Source: Raillietiella orientalis (taxonomy: Eukaryota). Taken from it: DNA of 64,000 nucleotides. Numbering within the stretch: position 1 is the stretch's first letter; each line of letters starts with the position of its first letter. Positions 1 to 11,960 of the stretch are shown here, piece after piece. The notes beneath the pieces were generated by a model. The model searched no databases and was not told the DNA's origin. It saw only the letters and a program-made list of their open reading frames with translations. The position numbers were made by a program, and so were the translations under genes. The stretch covers positions 3,224,001-3,288,000 of the forward strand of contig JAYWIR010000001.1 in NCBI GenBank assembly GCA_036172245.1, in the 5' to 3' direction.

Positions 1-235
1 ACTCTTCTGTAACAAGTGCACGACGTGTGTTCGTGTGCGGCCTGTGAGCTGCATATCGGTAGGTTCACAAGTGGTTCACTCTTTCTTTTCCTTCCCTTCC
101 TTCCTCGCGCTTCTTTTTCGCGCCGTCTTTGTCTTCCTCGTGAAAACAGGGTGATCCCTTAATCTCCCGGGTAGGCCGAAACCACCGATGCCTGACGTTC
201 TTTTCTTTTCTTTGTTTCTCCCCTCCTCCAAATAG

Positions 236-3200
236 GCAGTCAACGGAGAGTGTGTGCCGTGCAACGGACCGTGCCCGAAGACTTGCCAGGGAGTGGACAT
301 CGTCCACGCAGGCAACATCGACACCTTCAAAGACTGCACCATCATCGAAGGGTCCCTGACATTCCTCGATCACTCCTTCTCCGGTTTCCAAGATTTCGAT
401 GACTTCCGCCCTGGAGCCAGGTACCCTTCCATGCATCCGGACCAGCTGGAGGTGTTCAGTACGCTGACTGAGATAACCGGCTTCCTCAACATCCAGGCGT
501 CGCACCCGGATTTCCGGAATCTCTCCTACTTTCGGTGGGTGTCCCCGAAAGTACTGCTGAACGAGCATCGTTCGTCTTCCTCGTCCAGGAACCTCGAGGT
601 CATCAACGGCAGGACGAAGACCGACTACTTCGCTGCGCTCTATATCGTGAAGTCCTCCCTGGAGTCTCTCAAGCTCAACTCCCTGCGCGCCATCCGCTCC
701 GGGATCGTCGCTATTCTGGAAAACACCAACCTTTGCTTCGCCGAGAGCATCCGCTGGGAGGACATTGTGCAGGCGCAGCAGGTCGAGAAGATGCTCCTGC
801 ACAACAACCGCCCCAGGGAAAAGTGTGTCGAGGAAGGGCGCGTCTGCCACCCGGAGTGCTCCGAGAAAGGCTGCTGGGGATCTCTGAGTGACGAATGTCT
901 CTCGTGCGCACACTACCGGCTGGGGAAGACGTGTCTGCAGAGCTGCGACTCCGACTCGGGGTAAGAGCGGTGGGGGAGGCATCTTTTTTATGCGGCGAAC
1001 GACTGCTCACTCTCCTCCTACCTTTCCTCAGAATCTACGAGTACGGATCCACGGAGTGCCAGTACTGCGACCCCGAGTGCGAGTCGACCTGCCACGGCCC
1101 TGGCCCAGGAAACTGCACCACGTGCGCCCACGTCAGGGACGGTCCGTATTGCGTCAAGCGTTGCCCGGAGTCCAAGTACTCCAGTGGAGGGGGCACCTGC
1201 CTCCCCTGCCACGAGAACTGCATCAACGGATGCTCGGGTCCCGCCAACAACATCGGACCGCACGGGTGTGCTTCTTGCGAGAGGGCCATCTTAAGCAGCG
1301 ACGAACTCACGGTGGTAACGACCTTTCTTCTTTCTCCTCTCGCTCCTCCTCCTCTTTGCGCTTCGAAGAGCCTGCTCGGCTGGCCGGCAATCCTTCTTCC
1401 CCTTTCTTCTCCATAGGAACAGTGCTTGGGCAAGGAGGAATCGTGTCCGGAAGGTTACTACAACGAGTGGATGGGCCCACAAGAGGAAGGCCCGCTGAAG
1501 ACGCTGGCGAGCAAGTCGATCTGCCGGCCCTGCCACCCTCGGTGCCAGAACTGCACAGGGTACGGGTTCCACATCTCCGTTTGCCTTAAGTGTCATCGAT
1601 ACCGTCGAGGGGAACAGGTGAGGAGTGAGGGGGAGCGATCCCGCCGGTGGTGAGAGGAAGGGAAGGGGGAACAAGGTTTGGGGTCGATGGCTCAAGAAGA
1701 AACAGGCACAGAGCAACCCCCCTTCCCCCCCCCCCCCTAAAAAAAATCTCACGCAACCTTTTTTCCGCTTCCAGTGCGAGGAGGAATGCCCCGCGGACTC
1801 CTACCCCCACGACGACCTCCACGAGTGCCTCCAGTGCGCTGAAGAGTGCCGGGGTTGCTGGGGTCCGCGCAGCGACCAGTGCCTGGCCTGCCGCAACTAC
1901 AAGATCTGGACGACCTCCCACGACGGGAATCGGTCGTTCCAGTGCGTGGCTTCCTGCCCGGACGAGTATCCCTACAAGATTTTCCCCACCGACGGCATCG
2001 ACCCGTACTGCGACAGCGTCTCCCACGCGGATAGGTCAGGAGACCCTTTTTTCCCGCCTCTCTCCTTCCAGAGCCGCTTACAGTCCCCTCTCCCCCTCAC
2101 TCTAGGGATGACGACAGGCTGCCCGCCATCCTGGGAAGCGTATTCGGCTGCTTCGCATTGCTGATCGTCTTCTTGCTGGTTTTCGGCTTCCAGTGGTGGA
2201 TCCGCAAGAACAAGGAGGAGACCATCAAGATGATGACGATGACCATAGGCTTCGGCAAGAATGGAGAAGCTATCGAGCCGCTGACTGTGACCAACATCAA
2301 GCCCAACCTGGCGCAGCTGCACATCGTCCGCGAGGCGGAGCTGAGGAAGGGCGGCATCCTTGGCTATGGCGCATTCGGGACCGTGTACAAAGGCGTGTGG
2401 GTGCCGGAGGGCAAGAACGTGAAGATTCCGGTCGCCATCAAAGTCCTCAGGGAGGGCACGGGGGCCAACACGAGCAAGGAAATCCTGGAGGAAGCGTACA
2501 TCATGGCAAGCATGGAGCACCCCAACCTCCTGCGCGTCCTCGCCGTCTGCATGACGTCGCAGATGATGCTGGTCACGCAGCTCATGCCCCTCGGCTGCCT
2601 CCTGGACTACGTCCGCAACAATCGGGAGAAGATCGGCTCCAAACCGCTGCTGAACTGGTGTACGCAGATCGCCAGGGGCATGGCGTACCTGGAGGAACGG
2701 CGCCTAGTGCACCGCGACCTGGCCGCCAGGAATGTCCTCGTCCAGACGCCCAACTGGCTGAAGATCACCGATTTCGGTCTGGCGAAGCTCCTCGACCTCA
2801 ACCAGGAAGAGTACAAGGCAGCCGGAGGCAAGATGCCGATCAAGTGGCTCGCCCTGGAGTGCATCCAGCACAGGATATTCACGCACAAGAGCGATGTGTG
2901 GGCCTTCGGTGAGCCTCCCGTCCCATCTCCCTCTTCTTTCCCCCCTTGTCCCGCCCCTCTCCCCTGTGCGCTTCCCTTTCTTCTTCTTCCGCGCACTCCG
3001 GTCTTTTTCTTCTCCTCCTGCTTCCCTCCCCCCTTTCTCGGATATCTCGGGGCGCCGGTGATTCCTCCTCCTCCTTCCAGGGGTGACCGTGTGGGAGATC
3101 CTCACCTACGGGGGAAGGCCCTATGAGAACGTGCCCGCACGGGAGGTGCCCGACCTCCTGGAGAAGGGCGAGCGGCTGCCCCAGCCGGGCATCTGCACCA

Positions 3201-4057
3201 TCGACGTCTACATGATCATGATCAAGTGCTGGATGGTGGAGGCGGAGAGCCGGCCGGGATTCCGGGAGCTCGCCGAAGAGTTCGCCAAGATGGCACGCGA
3301 CCCCGGACGCTACCTGGTCATCAAGGGCGACAAGCTGATGCGCCTGCCCTCGTACACCCCGCAGGACGAGCGCGAGCTGCTCAGCCGCAGCGTTCCTCCC
3401 GAAGGCCCTGAGGTCATCGTGGACGCCGAACAGTACTTCCAGCCCAAATCCCGGTTCGTCCCCACCGACCCCTTCTCCGTCCCGGACAGCACGGCCGGGA
3501 ACAGAACGCGGGAGGGATCCTCCAGCTCCGGGAGGTACGGCCCGGGACCCCTCTTCGCCTCCGACCCCGACACCGGCAGCGACGACTGCTTCCACGCGGA
3601 CCCTGTCGTGTCCTCCTGCCGGAGGGAGACGCGGGTGTGCGGGGACCTCCAGCTGGACCTCCCCCTTGACGAGGACGACTACCTCGTCCCCACCCCCCAG
3701 AACAACAGGGTGAGCGCCGCCTACATGGACCTCATAGACGAGCCCCGCGTTCCCCCGTGCTCCTGGCAGAAGGTCGATGCCCCCTCCTCCTCCTCCTCCT
3801 CCACTGGGGCGTCACGGACGACCACCATCTTCCGCGACCCCCGCCGCAGGCACTACGTGCTGGACTTCGTCCCCATGGGCTTCCACCAGATCGACAACCC
3901 CGAGTACCACCTAGTAAACGGAGCCCTGGGCGCGGGCGGTCATCACCCTCCCCCCCACTCGGAAGAGGACTCCTCGGACCACGAGTACTACAACGACCCG
4001 GAGAGCGCTCGGCGCGAGCGGAGGCCATTGCACCGGAGGAACGAGACCACGGTCTGA
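236..4057 (+). CDS. Egfr: Epidermal growth factor receptor, 5'-partial. Inferred exons: 236-534, 589-960, 1032-1314, 1417-1617, 1775-2034, 2106-2908, 3081-4057
   Basis: Receptor L domain ([18 protein letters not shown]...NLEVINGR) and several furin-like Cys-rich repeats. TM helix ([27 protein letters not shown]). Kinase motifs [43 protein letters not shown]. Tail with NPEY, YYND and C-terminal NETTV. All introns are GT-AG and keep frame. Confidence 0.96.
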
Positions 4058-4337
4058 TTCGCGCGCGCACTTCTCGGCGGACCATCGTCGTCGTCCTCCC
4101 CCCCTCCTCCCTTTCCCCTCGCGAACGGACGGACTCCACGGAGACGGCAGCAAGGACTCAGACCCGCCTCTCTCCCCGCCCGCCCTCCCCTCCCTTCTTT
4201 CCCAGTATCCACCGGAAAACCATCCTCGCACAAGAACCGGAAGTATATATTTCTCGTCACTCCGTTCTCCGTCTCGTTGCCGGGGTTCCCCCGCTCGAGC
4301 GTCGGGGGTTTTTAAGGGTGGGAGGGGAAGGCAGCCA

Positions 4338-4400
4338 AAGCAGCAGCAGCAGCAGCAGCGACAACAGCAGCAGCAACGCAGTGACGACGGAGGTGGCGAC
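4338..4400. repeat. Imperfect (CAG)n microsatellite between the convergent EGFR and WYR genes
   Basis: agcagcagcagcagcagcagcgacaacagcagcagcaac. Confidence 0.8.
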
Positions 4401-4705
4401 AGCAGCGGCGGCAGCAGCACACACTCGAGATTGGCTTACGTCCCTGTTTTTTTCGTCCTCCTTCCCGTCCCTCTCGGCTGTATCTTCCCTCGGTCATCAC
4501 AGGTTCCCTCCGGGCGCAATGCTCCTCCGGATAGGGCCTCGGGAGGGGGGACCGCCTTCTCTTCCTTCTTCTGCTGCTGCTGCCCACTTCTTTTCCGCTT
4601 TGTTTCTTTTACTAGCCACTATGGGAGATGAGCGCAACCGGGGATAAAGTAGGGGGGGGGGAGGGGAATGGGAAAGGAGGGGATCAACACCTCCACAGTC
4701 GCCGC

Positions 4706-5452
4706 CTACTCCCAAGCCCCAGGGGCGTCGTAGGCGACGGTCCTCTTCTTGACGTGCTCCAGGCGGGAGGACGAGGAGTCCTCAGCGGTTGACCGGTACA
4801 ACCCGCGGCCTCCGCGGACCTCGACGGACGACTGGAAGTCGTGGTGGCTGCTGTTCTTCAGGTAGGAATCGGACGTCGTCGTTGTCCGGGACTCTCCTCC
4901 CGGTATCTTCCTGACGTGCGAGGACAACGGGGGGGCGAAGCCGCCGGCTCCGCCCGCCCTCGCCGCGCGCGACCCCACCTCTAGAAAGGGGTCGCGTTCG
5001 TCCCCGTCCTCGCCCGAGAACAGAGAGGGCGCATCCCTCCTCCTGCGCATGTGGTCCGCAACGAAGTCGCCTCCGGGCGGCTCGGTCCAGTCCGCCGGCG
5101 AGCCGCCCCCATCACGGAAGGCAGCACCCAGCAGGTCCCCCGCGGCGGCGTCCGACGGCGGTGGTGGCGACCTCCTTCTCCTGCCTGGGGGGGACAGGTC
5201 TCCGTCCACCTCCCTGGGCACGAAGTGAGGGTCGCCGGGTTTGTGCCGCCCGTGGCAGCCCGGGCAGTAAACGGCCACCCTCTCGGCGAACGTGGTAGCG
5301 CCCGGGGGCTTCTCGTCCACGCCGCGATCTTTCCGCCGCAAGTGGTCCACCATGGGCTTGTAGTAGCCTTCCCCATAGTCGTAGTTGTAGTCGTAGATCT
5401 TCGTGGGCGGCTTCACCCAGTGCTTCCTCTTCCCGGCATCGCTGGCCGACAT
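4706..5452 (-). CDS. Flightin/miniparamyosin-related protein with an N-terminal WYR-like motif (putative thick-filament protein, 248 aa)
   Basis: First ATG at 5452 (MSASDAGKRKHW); the ORF-track start at 5614 is not ATG. HWVKPPTKIYDYNYDYGEGYYKPMVDHLRRKDRGVDEKPPGATTFAERV aligns without gaps to the flightin WYR pattern HWVxPxxxxYxYxYxYxxxYYxxxxDxxxxKxxGVxxxxPxxxTxAERV as I recall it. Plausible 5'UTR GT-AG intron at 5468-5625. Confidence 0.75.
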   Translation of the reverse strand: MSASDAGKRKHWVKPPTKIYDYNYDYGEGYYKPMVDHLRRKDRGVDEKPPGATTFAERVAVYCPGCHGRHKPGDPHFVPREVDGDLSPPGRRRRSPPPPSDAAAGDLLGAAFRDGGGSPADWTEPPGGDFVADHMRRRRDAPSLFSGEDGDERDPFLEVGSRAARAGGAGGFAPPLSSHVRKIPGGESRTTTTSDSYLKNSSHHDFQSSVEVRGGRGLYRSTAEDSSSSRLEHVKKRTVAYDAPGAWE

Positions 5453-7229
5453 CGGTCCTCCGCGGGGCTGCACCGAGGAGGAGGAGCCAATAGCAGGGAG
5501 GGGCACGTGGGAAGGGGAGCTGCTCGGGAAACGGCGGGATCTCTTGCTCGCCCGCCGCGCGAAGGAGAGCGACGAGAGGGAAGCGGGAACGACGCTACGG
5601 GGACCACGAGCCAACTCCCACTGACTCAGCCCGGCTACGTCCCTTTCTCCCGGGAAGAGCGCGCGCGCGTGGGCCGCTCAGTGTCGGTGGGCGGAGCAAC
5701 CCGTCCGCGCCGGCGCGCGCGCACGCCCCCCGTCCCGCTGCTGCCGGAACATCGAAAGCATCCCGGACGCCAGAGGGAGAGAGGCACCCGGTGGGAATTG
5801 GAGAGGGTCTGCCTCTCTTCCACCTAGCGACGACCAAGCGAACCTGCGAGCCAGGGTCTGCGCCTTTTCGTCTTCCGCCTCCCCATCCCTTACGAAGCCA
5901 CCATCTTATGCGCCGCCATCTCACGCGCTACTCCCCCTGCATCTTCCCCTCTTTCACCTTCGCTCGAGAATCTTCGGGAGCCATCGATGCCAACGCCTGG
6001 AAGTGGCCAAAGTCGCAGCGACCCATTTCCGTCTCTCAGAGCCTTCTGTCCTACCCTCCCTCCCTTCCTCTCTCTCCTCCCCTACGCGCGCGCGCACGTT
6101 CTTGGCTCGCTCGCCCACCCGTCCCTCCCTGCTGAACGGCGCGCAGCCGGGAAGCTCAAAATAGAAAGCGAAAGACGCTCTTCCTGGCTCGCGTCCAGCA
6201 CGCGCCGTTGCCGGGGTTTCCGCTGCTGCACGCACGCGTGGGTGGGCGCTCGCGCGCGCCCTTTATCCAGGGACAAGGCCGAAATGCAGAAGCGTCCTTC
6301 CCCAACCACACCTCAGCTCGCTTCCTCCTGGAGCTCAGGGTCCAGAGGAAAGGGCATCTCCTCCTCCACCTTCTCCGGTGAGAAATTGAAGGGGTGGGGG
6401 GAGGCCCCCCGTGGCTTTCGCGCGCTACCCGCCTTCCTTCTACTCCTCGTCTTCTCTCCTTCCGGAAAGAGAGGAAGACGGACGATGCACCTTTTCTCCG
6501 GCGCATCAGATCTCGCGCAACGACCCAGCCAGCCGTAGTCCTCGGCAACCCCTCCAAGGGAAAGAAATCTTTTCCGCTGACACACAAGGAGGACAGCCCT
6601 CACGGGGATCCTCTCCCCTCCTCCCCCTCCCCACCCACTCCCTTTTTTTCCTCTCTCTCTTACCCCTCTGGTCCCTCCCCCAATCGAGTTTTGGAATGAG
6701 TCGCGCGGTCCTTGGTGGTTCCGCGTACATGGGGAAGAAAGAAGGGCTCGGGGCGCTGGAGGAACCCGCCGCACGCGAAGCACCCCCTAACAATCACCCG
6801 ACTCGAATGGAGGGGAGGAGCGGAATAGTTTACCAGCACTTCTCGCCCCTTCCGAGAGGGTCTCCAGGGTTGCGCCTCCATCCTGGCTCAGGCGCGGCAG
6901 GGAAAGGGGGCAAACGATTTCCTGAACGCATCCGAGACTACTTGTGCTTCCGTTCAGACCAGAGGGATATCTTCGCCCAGCGGAAGGGGGGCTCTGGATC
7001 CAGTTCTGCACAGCCCATACATTCCGGAGTGGGAAGCCTCGTCCGGAACAGGATCAACATCGCCGACATCCGACGTTGGCGAGGAGGAGCACCATCGCCC
7101 ATCCCCATCGTCGACGCTAGCGGCGCTTTCCAGGAAATTCTATGGACGACTGCACATAACGTGAGCAAGGGAAGAAGTCCTTAAGCAAGGGAATCTTATT
7201 AAACTCACATCAATTCATAAAATAAATTC

Positions 7230-7285
7230 GGCTTGACTAGTTTAATTAAAACATTTATTTTGAAAATAAAAATTCTACTCAACCT
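7230..7285 (+). pseudogene. trnS2: mt-tRNA-Ser(UGA) copy in the NUMT, apparently lacking a T-arm
   Basis: D-arm gttt-aatta-aaac; anticodon arm tttat-tttgaaa-ataaa (anticodon TGA); imperfect acceptor (ggcttga/tcaacc); short loop in place of the T-arm. Confidence 0.55.
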
Positions 7286-7305
7286 CGCCATGACCTAGGA
7301 AAACA

Positions 7306-7366
7306 AGTAATGTACCTTAAAAAAAGGATTTCTTCGATAAAGATAACATGTCATGCACCATTACTG
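7306..7366 (+). pseudogene. trnI: mt-tRNA-Ile(GAU) copy in the NUMT
   Basis: Perfect 7-bp acceptor stem agtaatg (7306-7312) / cattact (7359-7365); D-arm cct...agg; anticodon loop tcGATaa. Confidence 0.75.
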
Positions 7367-7387
7367 TACAATTAAATCCAGTTAAAT

Positions 7388-7444
7388 CAAATATAAGCTA
7401 AATAAGCTGATGGGTCATACCCCATTTATGACTCGTCTCTTTGA
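7388..7444 (+). pseudogene. trnM: mt-tRNA-Met(CAU) copy in the NUMT, anticodon loop one base short
   Basis: ataagctaaataagctgatgggtCATaccccat matches the arthropod mt-trnM signature (TAAGCTAA..AAGCT..TGGG.TCATACCCCA). Confidence 0.85.
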
Positions 7445-7525
7445 TCCCCCCATTCTCCTTCCTTCATCTTCAATTTTCCCACTTCTAATTTTCTTAGAAC
7501 ATTAGTTACATTATCAACCAATAAT
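7445..7525 (+). pseudogene. nad2: nad2 5' fragment, frameshifted
   Basis: Directly follows trnM; reads ...LLIFL(G)TLVTLSTNN if one lost base is restored, resembling the ND2 first helix. Confidence 0.6.
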
Positions 7526-9899
7526 CGAGACCAACTGCCGGTTGCCGAGGAGGACGAGTTCCCAGGCGCTGCCGCTGAACTGCGGCCATCCGTGTCCCTG
7601 GAGCACGGGGCAGATCAGGAAGGCGTCCAGGACAGTGTGGGGTTCCCGAGATCGGAGGGAGAAGCCCCTCTTGCATGGCGTTGCGGTGAGAAGCAGCCCG
7701 GCAAGGATCCGGAGACGTGTAAGCTGCAGGGATGGCAGGGGTGGCCGGAGAGAAGAGGGAAAACCCGGAACAGTTGAACAGTTCCGTCTTCAACGGCGAC
7801 AGGCGGGATTCTCTCTCCGGAGCGACGTCGTTGCTGTTGGCCGGAGGACTTGGCGGCGGCGCCACGAGCGATTCGGTGCCGCGGGCAAGTGGTCACGTGA
7901 AAGACCCGTTCTCTCCGCACCGCCGGCAGATCGTCGATGCTCGCGCCTGGGAAGGAGAGAGCCAAGGGCAAGCGCGCCAAGGGCAACGCATCGAGCCCGA
8001 ATCCTCGGCGAGCAGCACCAGCTGGTCAGGAATCACGGAAACTCCCTCTGGGTGCTGCCTTCTCACGTGATCGAGTCCATGCCAAACGAGCAGAACTCCG
8101 CCGCTTCCACAGCTGCACCCCGGCCATGCTTCGAGACCACCGATCGTTCAGAGCGAAGATCGCGTAACCATGGATACCCCGACGGAACTGGCTTCGGTGG
8201 TTTGGTTTCGGCAGACACGACGGGATCTTCGAAGGGACGAAGTTCCTCGGAAGATCGCATAAGTGACCTCGCGTTCCCGTGACTGCGAACGTCCCCGCAG
8301 GGACACTCCCACGAAGCTGCGCCTCATAGCAGAGGGCAGAGCAGCCGGTTCGAGGCGGCAACCAGCGCGAGCGTCCTTTTCCGCTCCTCTCAGCCGTGGA
8401 CAAGGGAGCAGCTTCCTGGATCAGCCAGATGGGAGCCGGGCGAAGCTCCACGGAGGTCAGGAGGAGGATGCCATCTTGGGCTCCGGGGACAGACCTTGGT
8501 CAGACCCTTCGAGATCTTCCGGGTCGCTCTCCCTCCCTTCCCCCATCAGCAGCGCCGCAGAGTCTTCCTCTCCTTCCGATCTTGAGACGGGCTGGGAGAG
8601 GGACCGCTCCCTGCTTCCCAATTACTCCCAACTCGCGGAGAAGAGCTGGAGATTCGATCTTCCTGCTTCCCTTCCCACGCCCACGAGGGAGGATGGGGTG
8701 GCCTCCGGATGCGGACCGCCGTTAGTCCCCGCTCGGAAGTCACCGATGCTTTCCGGATGCCGGATGCCGCTGTGGCCGCTCCTCTGCCGGGAAGTTGGCG
8801 GCAAGAAACCTATATTTCGGGAGCCTGAGGACGGGAAGAAGGTGTGAAGTGGATTGAAACAGGAGAGAACCGGGATGGGAGTAGGGAAAGGGACGCAGAG
8901 CTCGCGGTCTGCGGTTGGCCCGCTACGTGCGCGCGTTCCGGGAAGACGAGTAAGCGGGTGGGCGGGCTTCGAGGCAGCTCCCGGCGCGGAGAGCTCCGAG
9001 GTGGTGGGCGGGAGAGCTTCCTGCCTGGCAGGGAGCCCTGGAGCTCTGGGCAGCGTCCTCCATGCTCCAGGACTCCACCACTTTCTCGACGTCACCCTTC
9101 GTCTTCAACGAAGCCGCTATCCTTGACGATTTCGCAATACCTCGACCCTCTCTTGCTGCGGGGAGCCTCGCCCTTGCGGCAGTGAAGTAAGCCGAAAGGC
9201 AAGCTGAGGGGGCCAGGAGGGATGAGGGATGGAGGACCCCACCGTACCCGATGGCGACCTTGTGACCATGTGACGTGGCGAACATCCGGAGGGCGCGGTT
9301 GCTGCTGCTTCTCGGCGCCGAGTCCGACACGCTGGAGCCGCTCAGATGTCCAAAGGGCGCGTGTGCTTGACCTCCCCAGCAAGGAGCACCCTTTCTTCTG
9401 TGGAGGCTTTCAAGGACGTTCGAGAAAAAGCTGCGACTGGGAAACTTCTATTCTTCCGCGCGGTAGGTGGACGAACCTCTCGTCGAGAGATGGCGGCGGG
9501 CCGGCCAGCACGTTCGCGGCAGCAGTGGCTCACTGTGTGGTTACAAGGAAACGGAAGGGGAATGCGCTTCCTGGAAAACCGTCCTGACGAAAAGCAACCA
9601 GTCAGCTCGCAACATGGTCCTTCCTGGGAGTTTGAAGCGAGTCGTTGCACCCTCCTCGGAAGACACGTTGGATTGAAGGGGACGTTGGTTCGAGCGCCTC
9701 GGCAAAGAGGACTTTATAACGGAGCACAGCCTTCTGAGGGGCAAGGAGTGTGCTGGTGAGAAAACTGGCACTTGCTTAAGGGCGTCTCCAGTCGGTGATC
9801 GGTGCACCCTGATCTGAAGGAATGGTTCGCTGGTTGTGCGAGGGAGGCAGGAAGAGAAGAGATGGGGAGGCGAATGGCAGACGAAAGTGGGGCCGTCTC

Positions 9900-10760
9900 G
9901 TGGGCCGGGCGCAACGAACAAACAGAAGAGGAAGACCGGAGACGCGTCCTGGAGCAGAAGTCCCCCCTTCCATCTCAGCCATTCGAGCTCAGCAGCTGTA
10001 TCAAGGAAGACGACACGAGTGTAGATGCTGACACGCATTTCCCCGTCTCCCTCCATGCTCCGAGAGTCTGTTGGTCCGCATCAGTTGTGCTGGGAAATCG
10101 ACAGGCTTCGAAGGCGGAAGGGGGAGGGGATAGCCTCACAAGAGCCTCATTGGTGGCCCGCGGGGCGTGCGGTGGTGCAAGCGCGAAGGCCTGCCGCCGC
10201 AGAGTGTCTTCTGCCACGGCGCACGTTTATCGAAACACATGGAGGAGGCCGACGGCACACGGGAACCCAGAGAGGTGGAGAACCGCAAGATGGGAAGCAA
10301 CCTCTCGCGTGCTGGATCTCGTCGCGCAGGTTCCTCGCGAACCCATGCCACGACGCTCTTGCTCGAAGAGCTTAGAGGAGCGGGTGGAAAGAGGTCTGTT
10401 CTTCAGCTTGATTGGAGTGGTCCAAGCATCTTCCCGTGTGCAACGCTATTTGTTGCTGCCCTCGACTCTTCATGTGCAGGCAGCATCAGGAAATCCCGCA
10501 CCATCGCGTAGTGCGCACGCTGCAGTCCGAGAATCGTCTTCCAGGGGGAGAGATTCACGTCCTTTGGCCATCTTCCAGAATGCTGAAGAAACTGTTGAAT
10601 CGACAGAGGATCTCTGCCGATGTGAGAGGCCTCTCCTTCAGGTGCGCCGTTCCTGTGCTTCGTTTTATTTTTGGTTCGGCACGGGTCCGATGGAGATCAG
10701 GAAGAAAAACGCGAGTCCCTTGCGGAAATTATCCTCCATTTTTCGCTCCAGCTCTGGATG
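9900..10760 (+). mobile_element. Highly decayed non-LTR retrotransposon reverse transcriptase fragment
   Basis: Frameshifted motif remnants in RT order: VGPHQL, VLDL...H..LL..L, VFQG-DSRPLAIF (cf. G.FQGDSLSPL.F). Confidence 0.35.
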
Positions 10761-11334
10761 CTGAGGCTCCGGGATGAATGAGCTGTCAAAGAAAGTGTGT
10801 CAATTTCGATGAATAAAAATACACGTTCCGGCTGGAGCAAAAGCGTGTGCCCTTTGGTGGCCGTGCATCCGCGTTTTCCGAACGCCAGCGAGCGGCAGAA
10901 AGGACGTAGGTCCTCGAGAAAGAAGGAACGCGTGGTCTCTCCGTCTTGCGTCTTCGAAGGCCGACCTTCCTTTTTTTTTTCTTTTTTGTGCTTGGCAGCT
11001 CAGAAACAACCGGTGGCGCAAGGGCGAGCGAAAGCAAAGTGATAATAATAAACGTCTCCCACTACTGCGAGCCTCCTGCTATGCACCGGAGGATGCAGCA
11101 TCACCAGGGAAGACGGTATATCGAGTGCAGCGGACCCTCCAGAGAAACCGGCCTATAAGATCTCTAGGGTCAGGATATCCCCCAAACGACAGTGTACCAA
11201 AGTGTTAAGAGAGATCGGTTGCCAGTGTATGGGGCTTATCGGTGTGCCCTAGCATATGCTGCCCCAGACAGGTCGACCGGAAGCGCAAGTTGGGCCGACA
11301 CTAGCTGAGATGAAGACCACAGCCTCGAGCCCGA

Positions 11335-11960
11335 GATGGCTGGCTGCGGTTCCTCCGCGCGTGGTACCCAGCGTTGCGGGTTCGAATTCCGCCCGGGAAA
11401 GGATCGACTCCGAGAAATGGGAGGCAGCGTCGTGGGTTTCGAGCCCCCAATTCCCTCAAGATGACACTGGTTGGCCTGTGGACTACGGATGCGGCATCAG
11501 TTGAAGCCGGAAGCCCCCGGATGTCCCCGTTGGTTGGCCGGAATTGGAAGTTGACTCTTTAGGGGTCCTTCCAGGAAGCCAGGGTTCCCCTCTGGTTGTG
11601 AGGATGGAGTCCTCCATCTCGTACCATGGAGCTGGCAGATTGATACTTCTCCAGAGTGTAAGAAGCACGCTGTTCCCTTCGGGAAGCGCTCTTCATAGAA
11701 ATCGGGAAGCTTCCCTTCGGGATTCTCTTCAGAGGAGCAGTAACGAGGAGCGGTTTCCTTGCGGGTCCTCCTCAGGAGACAACCAAGGTCCCCTCTCCGA
11801 AGAGTGAGAGAAACAGACTCCTTCCTTCGGATCCTTCCTGCGCTCATAGGGTGGTCTCCTCCCGGGGTACCCCCTAACCTGAGGAGTCACATGCACCCTC
11901 GGGTGGCGTGGATGGTGAGCCCCACCCCCTATGGAAGCAAAAAGTTCTTCAGCACTCAAC
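11335..11960 (+). mobile_element. tRNA-derived SINE family, copy A
   Basis: A-box-like tggctgcgg and B-box gggttcgaattcc; body blocks shared with other copies (ccatctcgtaccatggagctgg, ctccagagtgtaagaag, gcaccctcgggtggcgtgga, agttcttcagcactc). Confidence 0.8.

Larger units (their letters stand above)
7183..7525 (+). other. Nuclear mitochondrial insertion (NUMT): trnS2-trnI-trnM-5' nad2
   Basis: Abrupt AT-rich island in GC-rich DNA, containing three animal-mitochondrial-type tRNA folds followed by a frameshifted nad2-like N-terminus. Confidence 0.85.

Noticed and set aside
65..4647. Antisense and alternate-frame ORFs over Egfr
   Set aside because: Shadow ORFs caused by high GC3 codon usage.
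7183..7229. A fourth mt-tRNA at the start of the NUMT
   Set aside because: A stem-loop is visible on the minus strand, but the anticodon and acceptor cannot be assigned.
11335..11410. tRNA gene calls for the GGTTCGAATCC-type heads (also ~22910, ~28640, ~34410)
   Set aside because: No complete cloverleaf, and each is followed by the same long body, so they are SINE heads.
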